Notes: generated by a model from the letters alone, not told the origin. Positions 50,387 through 62,727 are shown, counted from the first letter of the stretch. The stretch is DNA of 64,000 bases from Nemertoderma westbladi (GCA_032718475.1 JAUCBJ010004931.1:100-64099), one strand, 5' to 3'. Numbers and translations: made by a program.

Positions 50387-52479
50387 GGTACGTAAGTACC
50401 GCTAGTTAGTTAGAGAGTTAGAGGGTACGTAGTACCTAGTTAGTTAGAGAGTTAGAGGGTACGCAAGTACCGCTAGTTAGTTAGAGAGTTAGAGGGTACG
50501 TAAGTACCGCTAGTTAGTTAGTTAGGAGGTACGTAGTACCGTTAGAGAGTAAGAGTTAGATGGTACGTAGTACCGTTAGAGAGTAAGAGTTAGAGGGTAC
50601 GCAGTACCGTTAGAGAGTAGGAGTTAAGGGGTACGTAGTACCGTTAGAGAGTTAGTAAGAGTAAGAGGGTACGTAGTACCGCTAGCTAGTAGAGAGAGCT
50701 AGAGTAGTAAGAGGGTACGTAGTACCGCTAGTTAGAGTAAGAGTTAGGAGGTACGTAGTACCATTAGTTAGTAAGAGTCAGCTAGTTAGTTAGTTAAGGG
50801 TACGTAGTACCGCTAGTTAGCTAGAGTAGTTAGAGGGTACGTAGTACCATTAGTTAGTAAGAGTCAGCTAGTTAGTTAGTTAAGGGTACGTAGTACCGCT
50901 AGTTAGCTAGAGTAGTTAGAGGGTACGTAGTACCATTAGTTAGTAGGAGTTAGTTAGTTAGTTAGTTGAGGGTACGTAGTACCGCTAGCTAGCTAGAGAG
51001 TAAGAGTTAGTTAGTTAGTTAGCTAGTTGAGGGTACGTAGTACCGCTAGCTAGCTAGAGAGTAAGAGTCAGAGGGTACGTAGTACCATTGGTTAGTAAGA
51101 GTTAGAATAGTTAGTTGGTTGAGGGTACGTAGTACCGCTAACTAGCTAGAGAGTAAGAGTCAGAGGGTACGTAGTACCATTGGTTAGTAAGAGTTAGAAT
51201 AGTTAGTTGGTTGAGGGTACGTAGTACCGCTAACTAGCTAGAGAGTAAGAGTTAGGATAGTTAGTTGGTTGAGGGTACGTAGTACCGCTAACTAGCTAGA
51301 GAGTAAGAGTTAGAAGGTATGTAGTACCGTAAGAGAGAATTAGTTAGAGTTAAAGGGTACGTAGTACCGACAGTTAGTAAGAGTAGAGAGAATTAGTTAG
51401 AGTTAAAGGGTACGTAGTACCGGTTAGTAAGAGTAGAGAGAGTTAGTAAGAGTAAGAAGGTATGTAGTACCAGTTAGTAAGAGTAGAGTTAGAGTTAGTA
51501 AGTAGTCAAAGGGTACGCAGTACCGATAGTTAGTAAGAGAGTAAGTAGTTAAAGGGTACGTAGTACCGCTAGTTAGTTAGAGAAAGTAAGAGTTAGAAAG
51601 AAAGTAGTAGCAGTAGAAGGGTTGTGGGCACCGGAAGCGCCACGCAGTTAGAGTTAGTAGGGAATGCGTTGAACTTAGTGGGGCACGGGCGTGATGACGT
51701 GTTTGATGTAAGAGCAGGGTATGTTAATTAGGGTGGGTGCCGGGCACAAGAGGTGCCGGGCACAAAAAGAGTTAGAGAGGTAGTTGAGGAGTAGAAGGGC
51801 ACGAAGGGTGCCAGATAGTAAGAGTTAGTAGAAGGGCACGAAGGGTGCCAGATAGTAAGAGTTAGTAGAAGGGCACGAAGGGTGCCAGATAGTAAGAGTT
51901 AGTAGAAGGGCACGAAGGGTGCCAGATAGTAAGAGTTAGTAGTAGAGTTAGTAAGAGTTAGTAGTAGTTCACATGATTAACGTACCCACTCTGCCGGCAT
52001 TCAGAGCGTCACGTGCAGGCGAGTGGATGTAAAGGAAGTAAGTTAGAGATAGAGTAGAGTAGTAGAGAGGGCACATAGGGTGCCAGGTAGTAGAGTAGGG
52101 TGTTAGAGGTAGCAGAGAGGGCACATAGGGTGCCAGAGAGTAGAGTAGTAGAGACGGGCACATAGGGTGCCAGGTAGTAGAGTTAGAGAGTTAGAGATAG
52201 AGTAGAGTAGTAGAGAGGGCACATAGGGTGCCAGGTAGTAGAGTTAGAGTGTTAGAGGTAGTAGAGAGGGCACATAGGGTGCCAGAGAGTAGAGTAGTAG
52301 AGACGGGCACATAGGGTGCCAGGTAGTAGAGTTAGAGGGTTAGAGTAGAGTAGAGTAGTAGAGAGGGCACATAGGGTGCCAGGTAGTAGAGAGAGAGGAG
52401 TAGTGTAGTAGAGGCACATAGGGTGCCAGGTAGTAGAGCTAGAGAGGTAGTTGAGTAGTAGAAGGGCACATAGGGTGCC
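50387..52479 (+). repeat. Array of about 42 mini stem-loops in C-depleted linkers
   Basis: About 28 x GGTAC-(GTA/GCA/GTAA/GCAA)-GTACC at 50387-51567 and about 14 x GGCAC-(ATAGG/GAAGG/AAGAG)-GTGCC at 51743-52479, with variable AGTT/AGAG linkers. Confidence 0.9.
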
Positions 52480-53349
52480 AGATAGTAGAGTGGTTGTGGG
52501 CACCGCAAGCGCCACGTAGTTAGAAGAGTGGGTGGAGTTAGGGAGTTCTAGTTAAAGGGCTAGAGAGTTGGTAGACTCAGAGGAGTCAAGTAGAGTTAGT
52601 AGAAGTAGAGAGTTAGTAGGAGTTAGTTAGACTTAGTAGAGCTAGTTAGAGTCTAGTAGAAAGTTAGAGGCTCTCAGTTAGAGCTAGAAGTAGTAAGAGT
52701 TAGTAGTTAGCAGAGTTAGTTAGATAGTTAGAGTTAGTAAGCAGTAGGTAGATAGTATGATAGCACAGGGGTAGCATTAGAGATTAAAGCCTTAGGGAGT
52801 GACAAGAGAGTGGAGAGGTGATAGTGCGGAGTGCGGAGAGAGTGGTGTAAGTACTATAGTCATACAACCTTTCTCAATTAGCTACTGGGACTGGGGGGCT
52901 AACTGACTATGGCACTAGGGACAAGACGCCAGACGATTTCACATTTCCTGAGTGCGACGGCACGGAGGGGGGGGTGAGATTCGTCAGAAGGGATCAGGTA
53001 GTCAAGGAGGGATGGAGTAATAGTGCGGAGTGCGAAGAGAGCGTGGGCGCAATTCAAGTGTGGGGGAGGAGAAGTGAGAGGAAGAGTGTGGGACGAGGAG
53101 GTCCGGGAGTATGCGAGAGTTGGAGTAGAGTGGTGAGAGTGTTGGGGAAACAAAAATTGTGTGAGAGAAGCGCACGATCGGCCCGACACGAGACGCCAGA
53201 GGGTAGTGACATCATACCCATAGGGAGCGGCCTGGAAAGCCGACTCCGAGAAAGAAAATAACCCACCCCACACCCGATGCTAGATCGGGATCCAGCGGAA
53301 TTGTAGCGCACTTTAGTTGGATGCTATCTTCTCACCGGGAAGATAGCAT

Positions 53350-53358
53350 GGGGGGGAG
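53350..53358 (+). promoter_or_regulatory. Polypurine tract
   Basis: GGGGGGGAG immediately before the TG of the 3' LTR. Confidence 0.85.
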
Positions 53359-53909
53359 TGTTAGCTTATCCAATTCCGCTAACATGAACCCACAAAGTAA
53401 GCCGTTGAGCAATATTGGGAGCACGAGGTTGATTACCAATCAACCTCGTGTCAGCCCAGTAAACGGGGACAATAGGCCCCAAAGGAGACACACACAATAA
53501 GGGTCAGGGGCCAAACCCCTAACAGAGAGAGAACAACAGGGGCAACGGGAAACACACCAGGGAAGGTGAAAGGGCGAGAAGTGGGATATTAGCCAATGGG
53601 GGGACAGCATCGACTAGGTACAGTAATATGGCCAACTGTGCAGTACATATATTACCTGTTGGTGCTTCCCTATTCAGTTAGTTTACTCAGTCAGATCAGT
53701 AGGGTGGAACGGGGACTTCTGTCACCGTCCGCTACCGCCATCATACTTATCTACCGGTAAAGTGTCGTACTATACTATATCAACTATCAGACTATATTAT
53801 ACCTTTATACATATTACCGAACATCAGAACTCTTTTACCTTTCACACACGGCGGGGACGCGTGGATAGAAAACCCAACGGATAAACCGGGATCCGTAGAT
53901 CCCGTCACA
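53359..53909 (+). repeat. 3' LTR (551 bp)
   Basis: Direct repeat of 45977-46527, followed by TAAAT. Confidence 0.95.
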
Positions 53910-53914
53910 TAAAT

Positions 53915-54350
53915 TATGCGGAATGGGTGCTGTAAATTTACAAGTACACCTCTATGGTGGTGGCTTATCGGATACTCTGAATGAACTTAGACATTGGCTA
54001 TTCACTTCAAAGAAGCAACACCCGAAATTATTCAACCTTCCCCCCACACAGAGTGCCGCTGTACCACATGTAAAACGGGCTCTTTTGCAAGTTGTTTTGT
54101 GGAGAGCTGCTGATGATCCTGCACCTCCACTGTTGGCTGTTAACAAGTTTGGTTGGATGGCGATCAATGACAAACTGATACCGGATCCTGGCGTCTCATC
54201 CATTGCCCCAATTTCGATCCTTAAAACTATATCTTGTAATTGCAAGTCCGAAAGTGCCTGATCGTCCAATCGATGCGGTTGCTCTATAGCCGCTCTACCA
54301 TGTACTACTACGTGCACCTGCACCACTTCAAAGTGTAAAAATAAATACGA
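53915..54350 (+). pseudogene. Academ protein relic, C-terminal part with Cys-rich finger
   Basis: LPPTQSAAVPHVKRALLQVVLW..P..FGW..AP..SCNCKSESA*SSNRCGC..LPCTTTCTC..C. Confidence 0.75.
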
Positions 54351-55651
54351 TGTTTAAAGCAATGTTCCGTTTAAATAATTAATTTAATAAACATACAACT
54401 CTTCTAGCTGATTGATTATCTTTCGTAATACCAGTAATGGAGAATATTTGGGATAGATACCCAGATAGGTACGCAGTAAAGAAAGATGGTACATTGAATC
54501 TACTGTACCTATTTTCTGCAAACGTAGGATAGATAAACGTCAAAATTTGCATTTGAAAGGAGTAAACTAACTCATCTAATTAAATTGAAAACTAAATGTG
54601 ATTAATAACCCCTCAGTGATAATAATTGTTTGCTTTTATAAATAGGTACATAAATAATCTAAAGTTTAATACAGTAGTTGGCATATCTTAATAAACATCC
54701 CAAAGGCCAAAATTTATGATTAATAATGTTGCTATGGGAACTAATCTTCTAGAAATCTTATTCAGAATAATTAACAAGAGCTGTGGCAATAGGTGCAAGG
54801 TCGCAGATATCTCAAAATAAAACCTTGTATGCCTGTTGCTATGGAAACTTAGGTTAAGTGCATTATAAAAAGTTCCCCGAAGGTGCCGAAGTGGCACCCG
54901 ACGGATTTTGATTACTCTAAGGTCCGACTAAAGTTTAAGCAAATAAAAATGCGTGATGACCCAAAGTCACAGTGGACCCCTCTGTCTACCTGACTATCTA
55001 TAAATGTTGTATAATACCATTTTTTTCTAAAATTATACTCTTTTCTTAGAAATCGCTCTGTTGCGGAATTCTAGAAAATATATGTGGCAGTATATTCATA
55101 TAATTTTATGTATTATCCTATGGTACAGCAATATACCAAACTTGCTACGGTTTTTTTCTATAATGTGCTGTAGCTATCTATATATTTCACATTAAGCAAA
55201 ATGACCATCTCAATAAGATTCACAGATTGGCACTTTAAATTATACTCCAGTATTCGTAAGAATGATAACTCTTATTACAATCTGACCTCACCAAAAGCCA
55301 TGCGAGCATCATTAAATTAGATAGAAACGGCATAAAAAAAGTGAAGATCTTTTCGTTGTTTGCCATATCTTATTAATTTAATTAAATTTTACTGGGGGGG
55401 GGGGGGGGTAATAGTGTAACTAACCCGTGTCACCATAATTCTGCCTTTGTATAGCTATTTTGGCTAGTGATTTATGTTCGGGAACATATTTCCGACACGT
55501 TACATGTTTAATTTTTGTGGTAGCTAGTGTTTTCAATGGTAGTTAGTCTATTCATAAAAATGGTACAGTAGCTAGTGTTTTTAAAAATATCAACAAATCT
55601 TATTATTTTTATGAATATCCATAGTAAAGTTGGTTTATCTTTATTTATTTA

Positions 55652-56230
55652 TCAGTGAAAAGAGCCTAGTATTGAAGAAAATAAAATAACGTGATTTCTG
55701 CAACAATTAATTAAATAAGATAATTAAAAAAATACAGTAGTTGCACAGATTCGGCCGTATCGCCCTTACCTTATGTTAGAGGCAATGAGTGCGGAAATGA
55801 AAAAAACAAGGAGACCTCCTTGTAACAAGTACGAAAAATAGAAAAGGTCTACGACTCATTTCCAGTATAGACCCCACAGAACTATAATCCTTACAGGCAA
55901 TGAGATAACTGGTACTCATTTAACGACCGTTTAAGAAACAAAGCAAATATGCGAGCGCCCTGTTTGGTTAGTCCCTTAGCATTTGTGCCAAAACGAAAAC
56001 TATCCTGGCCCGCATGCAGGGGAACAACCCCACGACCTCTGGTGCGATATTAATTCAAGGAAATGGATTTAAATGCTACGCAAGGCTTGAAAAAATTGAA
56101 TACACGTATTGTATTAGAACACGATCCGTAAAAATACAAAGTATGCTGTCATGTTCGTTCAATATGCTCTAATTAAAAATAAACACAATATTGCTATGTT
56201 CTAAAGTTAATATACGGAAATAAAAATTTC
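55652..56230 (+). repeat. About 580-bp direct duplicate of about 42985-43565
   Basis: CAGTGAAAAGAGCCTAGTATTG through GTTAATATACGGAAATAAAAA is near-identical in both places. Confidence 0.9.
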
Positions 56231-56231
56231 C

Positions 56232-57260
56232 GTATATTAACTCTAGAACATTGCAATATTGTATGTATATTAACTCTAGAACATTGCAATATTGTATGTA
56301 TATTAACTCTAGAACATTGCAATATTGTATGTATATTAACTCTAGAACATTGCAATATTGTATGTATATTAACTCCAGAACATTGCAATATTGTATGTAT
56401 ATTAACTCTAGAACATTGCAATATTGTATGTATATTAACTCTAGAACATTGCAATATTGTATGTATATTAACTCTAGAACATTGCAATATTGTATGTATA
56501 TTAACTCTAGAACATTGCAATATTGTATGTATATTAACTCTAGAACATTGCAATATTGTATGTATATTAACTCTAGAACATTGCAATATTGTATGTATAT
56601 TAACTCTAGAACATTGCAATATTGTATGTATATTAACTCTAGAACATTGCAATATTGTATGTATATTAACTCTAGAACATTGCAATATTGTATGTATATT
56701 AACTCTAGAACATTGCAATATTGTATGTATATTAACTCTAGAACATTGCAATATTGTATGTATATTAACTCTAGAACATTGCAATATTGTATGTATATTA
56801 ACTCCAGAACATTGCAATATTGTATGTATATTAACTCTAGAACATTGCAATATTGTATGTATATTAACTCTAGAACATTGCAATATTGTATGTATATTAA
56901 CTCTAGAACATTGCAATATTGTATGTATATTAACTCTAGAACATTGCAATTTTGTATGTATATTAACTCTAGAACATTGCAATATTGTATGTATATTAAC
57001 TCTAGAACATTGCAATATTGTATGTATATTAACTCTAGAACATTGCAATATTGTATGTATATTAACTCTAGAACATTGCAATATTGTATGTATATTAACA
57101 CCAGAACATTGCAATATTGTATGTATATTAACTCCAGAACATTGCAATATTGTATGTATATTAACTCTAGAACATTGCAATATTGTATGTATATTAACTC
57201 TAGAACATTGCAATATTGTATGTATATTAACTCTAGAACATTGCAATATTGTATGTATAT
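56232..57260. repeat. 33-bp minisatellite GTATATTAACTCTAGAACATTGCAATATTGTAT, about 31 copies
   Basis: Homogeneous tandem array seen directly. Confidence 0.97.
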
Positions 57261-57910
57261 AAACTTTGATAAATATCAGCGAAAATATCGAATATAAAAT
57301 TATATAAAATAAGTTTGAACTTCGCTAATACTGGGTTTCATACAGTGAAGGATATCGTGACATTAGTGAACTTGTTGGGGTATGTTGGACCATTGAACGA
57401 ACAACAGGGATTAGATGTCATTTAATTGTGTTCAGGTATTCCAGGGTGCTCGTCGCGAATGCGATACGTTATGGGCAGTTGAATACAATACATAAAGGGT
57501 CCGAATCAGTCCAGTTTGCCATTGATGCTTTTAGAAATTTCAGGCATATATTTAATTCTCAATTACGCTTTGAAGTTTGGTTGGAAATCCTGCTTCAGAA
57601 ATGGAGCATATATTACTGTACTAGTTTGGATGCGTACTCCTAATAGTATCTATACAACATTGTAGTAAAGTGGCGGAATTACGTTGAGGTCTGACATAGT
57701 AGATCCTATCCATGACTCACATCCATACATAAGGGAGCTGAGGGCAGCTTCTGTTACATTTTTGTTATATATATATGGCATGTTTAAGTTGTTATTTATA
57801 AATGTTATGAATTTATTCTACTGCTTCCTTCTCACGGTAACGCGCTTTTTAGATTTCCATTGGCACAGAAGGATAATAACTACTAATTGATTCTTAATGA
57901 CTTACCGGTA

Positions 57911-60900
57911 AAAATAAGATCACTTCTACACCCTATCTATATGCTTGCACACAACTAAACTAATAATGATATAATTGATGTATGTATTTTGCTATTAACA
58001 AAGAAAAAAAAATATTTTATTAAATGAAAATAAAACACAAAATTGCACTATGAAAATAAATTTTGCCTAGGGGAAGAAAGCGCTTACGTAATGCCATCTA
58101 CCCAGGGAGGGAGGCTCGAGCTTCTACGGAGCCATATCGCAGCGTTTCCACGCCACAGACACACTGACAGGCGCTGGAATAGATGCCTGGCGGTTTCTTT
58201 GGCAGGGATACTGCGACGGAGACTCTGCAGATGCCCAATCTCGGAGATGATTGAGGTGGAGTGGGAGTCCCAGCCCCCAAGTGCCTCAAGAGCCAGGGGG
58301 GTGAAGCCTACTCCTGAGGATTGGCACTCATCGAGGTGGGTGGCTAGCTTACATTCACGTGCAATGGTAAGGCCTGGGGTGGACGCAGCGCAGTTAATGA
58401 TTGAAGCGGTGAGATCACCGTTACGTCCAGGGCCATGGGCTGTCCCCGTCTCCAGTTGGGGAGGAAGATATCTGCCGGTCTGCTGCGGGAGCCAGGAATC
58501 AACCCAGGGATTTCTCTCTGGGGCGCCAGAGCTGCGGATTGTGCAGCTTGGAAAATGGCATCCCAGAGGGAGTCGTGGCGTGCGATCCTGCCTGAGTCCC
58601 CACCACAGCCAATGTGATGGTCCCCAAATGGGTCATCAGGGAGGGAGCAAGAGACACAGGGAGACGAGCTAGATGATAGTCGGACGCCTAACCAGTAACA
58701 CAAGAGAGTCTGTGCTCAGCGTCCAGGAAATGGAGACCAAGGGACTCAGAAGGAATGGCATGTAACCAGTCACCAGCGTGGCCAAGAGAAGTGGACTGTA
58801 CAAGGGCTCGGGACCTGTTGTTGGGCGCAGAGGACAGGAGCCGTTTGTAGGAGGAGATGTCAACTGAGTGGGATAGATTGCATTGGATGATAGGTGTTGG
58901 AAGGTCTTCCAGGGAGGTCCAATCTGGTTTATCGGCGTGCTCGGACAAGGAGGCCAGTGCAGAGGGGAGGTGGTGGTTACCTGGGGAGTGGCCTAGGATT
59001 CTAGTGACCAGGGTTTCTGACTGGGAGACAGAAGCAATATATGCGGCCGGGGAATGGTTTACGGCTTTTCTAAGGCCCAGACCACCCATCGAGACCGGAA
59101 AGCAAGCTTTGTTGTACGACCAGTCACTTAGGGAGCCTCCAACCAGATCAGAGAGGGTATCCCGCATGACAAGATCGAACTGTAGCGAGGAGTCCGGAAT
59201 CATGGAGGAGGGACAGCAACAGCAAGACTACTTTGGGTAAAGAAAGGCATGATCGAAGAAGGGTAGATTCCATCTTGGAATCCTGAAGGTCAGGAAGGCG
59301 ATCAGTGATGGAGCGGACTTTGGCCACTCTTAGCATAATGGTCTCCTCGCAGTATTGAGAGGAACCAATCGGGGAGCCAAGTAGGGTTAGACCATTGGAG
59401 AGGATGGGAATGGAGCGTGGTAGTGGATTCGAATGAACTGAGGAGCCAGCGGGGATGAAGACTTGGGATTTGGCGTGGTTGAGTTGAAGGTGTCTCAAGG
59501 GGCCTTCCTGTTCTAATGTGGCTAAGGCTTTTGACAAGTCGTCTGGGGATCCAACCAGTGAGCCATCGTCCAAATACCAGGCATTAATTATAAGAAAAGG
59601 GACTTTGGCCCGAATAATCTTGGTCACGGGTGTAAATTTATGGCAAAAAGGAGGGGGCCCAAAGGATCACCTTGTTGGATGCCGGAGCAGCTGAAGATTT
59701 GTCGGTCACCAGCCAGAGGACAGCCTGGATTCCGTAACATGCCTCCACCCATGCGGAAAGAGAGGGCAAGTGTTCCCTGAGTTCAGCAAACATTTGTGAG
59801 CGGTCGATGGAATTAAATCGTTGCTGAAGTCAACAAGAAGAACCCACTTGCTGTCTGCTGGGATGGAGTGGTCTTCGAGGGCTGAGGAGACGGCTCGGAC
59901 TATGGCCTCGCAGCCAATGGGGGTACTGACACCAACCTGGAGGGGGGTGAGGATGTTGGAAGCATTCTGGTTTACTGTGGTTGCATTTACTGAGGATATG
60001 CGGTTTGTAATGGCACAAATAGCAGCAAGGGCCTGGTTGGCCTTGGCTGGAGATGGGGCTGATTGGCTTCTTTCAGATGGTTGGGGCGGAGCTTTGAAGA
60101 GCCAGGGGCTGAGCCAGGGGGAAAAGACTTGATAGCCTTGACAATGTCCTCTGGGCGGAAGTAGGCTGGTGGGGGTACTGGGCCAATTGGAAGAAGAGGG
60201 GGGGGGGGGGGGGGGGCTTAGGGGTGCTTCCCGAGCATGTCCTGGTATGTCTCTTCGGAAGCCTTTGCAAGTCCCTCTGAAACAAGGGCCTCTGTGCAGC
60301 CTTACGGTACTGGCCGTCGGCCATGGCCTGGTGGACTCGACGAGCATTAGATTCTCTAACTGATTCGGGACTGGGAAGTTTAGTGGATTTGTGTTTAATG
60401 GGGCCAGGTCGTTGGGAATCGTTGATTATATTTTCCCATAAACTGCTGATATATCCACTGAGCCATTTGCGGAGTCTAGCTTTCACTAACTTCTTGGTAT
60501 CTTTCCAGTGGGATCTACCTGCTCTTTTGGGGTTGGCTAGGATGCATGGTGGGAGGAGGAAGATATGGGTCCAAGAGGTTGGGTTCATGGGATCCCTGGC
60601 TATGGAGTCACAGATTCTGCCGACGGCCTCAGCCCAAAGATCCCTAGCTGCTTTTGGGACGTGGCGGAGTGTGTGGACATTAGGATGGATGCTATGGATG
60701 GAAGGGGCGAGGCTGTTTTTGAAGAGAAGAGGTCCTGCTGTGTAGGGGTGGGTTCAGGTTGGATAGGGTTAGCGTGTTGCTGGCGGGGTTTAGAGTCTGT
60801 AGCCTCGGAGGGGGGAATGGGTAGGGTTGAAGGGTTAGATGGGGAGATTAGTGCAGTGGTGAGATGAGCTAGGAGGGATGCCTTATTACCAGTAATGGAT

Positions 60901-62727
60901 AGACCTCTGGCTTTGAGGAGTGGCTTAAGGTCACACAGTCTTAGACCACTGAGATTATGTATGGGTGTTAGCAAATCGGACTTGGGCGTGGGGTCAGGTG
61001 GAGGGATGATGGCTGTGTCTTGAGAGGCATGGGAGTGGGGTGGGTGTGTAGGAGGTGGGGGGAGTGGCTGCTGGGGCCTGGAAGGTAGGGCGGCAGGGAT
61101 TCTCGAGGTGGGGCATTGGGAAAGGGCTTGGGGGCTGGTGTACGAGGGGACGAGGATTACACTACTGTTATTATCAGCAGAGACCTTGTTATCTATAAAG
61201 TCACAATAATTATTAGAGTTATTATTACCAGTAATAAAATTTAGATCTGAGATTATATTTGCATCCTTTTGTGGGCTAGACGGAATGATTGATAAGGATT
61301 TTGATTGAATTACGACTTTTATCCACTCTCGTATAGGGATGATTTCCTCTAGTTGGACTATTATTGCGCCATAATCCTGTTGTTTATAAGCCAAAAGATA
61401 CCCATAGAGACAGGAGTAGATACCGCAATCGTAGCCATTTGACTGTATTAGGAGGAATGGTTGGGCTGTAATAGGACTCCATCTATTGAGAAGCCTCCCC
61501 TGGCTGGCTGGAGAATTATCATAGATCGTGTTTAGCATGTTACAAATTTTCGAAGAAGTTGAGGTCGGGTAAATGTTTCCCAGAGAGCAACATGTTACCA
61601 TCTCTTGGTCTCTGATGTTAGCTGCGTGTAATGTGAAGTGATTGCTTTTCCACTCAGGGGCCAGCAGGTAGACAGTTGTTGTAGGGCTGCAGGTTTTAAG
61701 GTAGTGTTGGGCTGCTCAGTATTGATTTGCGCAAATCTTTACAGCTGAAACCATGTTAAACTCGTCTGTATTGATGGAAGATCCTAAGGCTGATGATACT
61801 GAAAAAGTAGCCCTGTCACATTGTGTGTTTGCAGTGTGATGATCTAAAATGCTTAGAAACTCATCAATGTTTGAGCTGGTTATCCAAGTTCCTGGCTTAA
61901 GAGAGTCCAAATCAATTACATCGGATTTTGTTAGCTTAACTTTAGGTTTTATATCGTTTGAAGAGAGGAATTGCACTATTCGTTCTTGTATTGAAATTGG
62001 GTTGTTGGGATTATAGGAGTTAACTTGCGAAAAGGGATCCAAGATAATGCTCTCGTTAGACAGATCGGAACTCTCGGGTATAGTCTTGCTACTGGAAGCA
62101 CCATTGTCGACAAAAGAGGGGATAGACTGTATTTCTTTCTCCTTGAATCTTATATTGAAACGGGTTCCATCCTCCATTATGTCGTTTATCTTTTGTTCTC
62201 CTACCATTGCCGGTATATGAGAATTAGCCGTGAGAAGGATGGGGCTTCCGGATCCAAAGTGTTGAAGATATACAAAGAGATTACCGGGGTCACTGGCGGC
62301 GTCAATCCAGTTGAAAGTATCGATGTGTTTATCGAGGCCGCAGGAAGCGGCGAACTCATCAGAGGCTTTACGGAGGCGACCGCGACGGGTATAGTCGAAG
62401 TTACCGACGCGGTAGGAAACGAGGAGCCGGTTGGAGACTCTACCTGGGGAGCAGTGAGCTGCGGACTCATCAAGGAATCAAATGTGATTTCGGGAAGCTG
62501 CGAAATCGACGGCGAGTTAACCGAAGTTGCGGGGAGTGGCAAAGACATCGAATTATATGCCGAGGCCACATGAAGCGGTGGGCGCATCGAAGAGACTAAC
62601 TCATTGAACTTCATTGAGACTAGAAGACAGGCTACAACAATCAAACCGTGCGATACACGAATACGTGCCAGGAATGAGCGAATCAAACTTATAAAGATAA
62701 ACTCAACAATCTCAAGAACTCACCCGG
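57911..62727 (-). mobile_element. Near full-length CRE-type RLE non-LTR retrotransposon (Ulp1-like protease, SAP, RT, zinc knuckle, RLE), frameshifted
   Basis: QVGVSTPIGCEAIV, LLVDFSN, GIQQGDPLGP, WYLDDG and GGLGLR (CRE RT); CVSC..DHHIGC..RHD..RPADI..ALDVTV (RLE). Candidate TSD TACCGGTA at 57903-57910 and 62728-62735. Confidence 0.85.

Larger units (their letters stand above)
45977..53909 (+). mobile_element. Non-autonomous BEL/Pao-like LTR retrotransposon (gag-like ORFs only, no pol)
   Basis: 551-bp TG...CA LTRs, TAAAT 5-bp TSD, PPT GGGGGGGAG, BEL-type zinc knuckles. No protease, RT, RNase H or integrase motifs in any ORF. Confidence 0.92.
43982..54996 (+). mobile_element. Academ-type DNA transposon, internally deleted, interrupted by an LTR element
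   Basis: 5'-TAG...CTA-3' termini with imperfect TIR (TAGTCCAGTAGAC..TTGGGTCATCACGCA / TGCGTGATGACCCAA..GTCTACCTGACTA). The TSD is imperfect (TAT vs TCT). Confidence 0.7.

Noticed and set aside
52899-53311. Short ORFs before the 3' LTR as env or integrase remnants
   Set aside because: No recognisable motifs; short, overlapping and on both strands.
45977-53909. DIRS, endogenous virus or tRNA-primed Gypsy interpretation
   Set aside because: Direct TG...CA LTRs, a 5-bp TSD, a PPT and the BEL-type double knuckle fit a BEL/Pao derivative; no tyrosine recombinase or viral genes are present.
56169-57297. 310-350 aa Cys/Tyr-rich repetitive ORFs on both strands
   Set aside because: Artefact of a 33-bp (11-codon) repeat derived from a non-coding palindrome.
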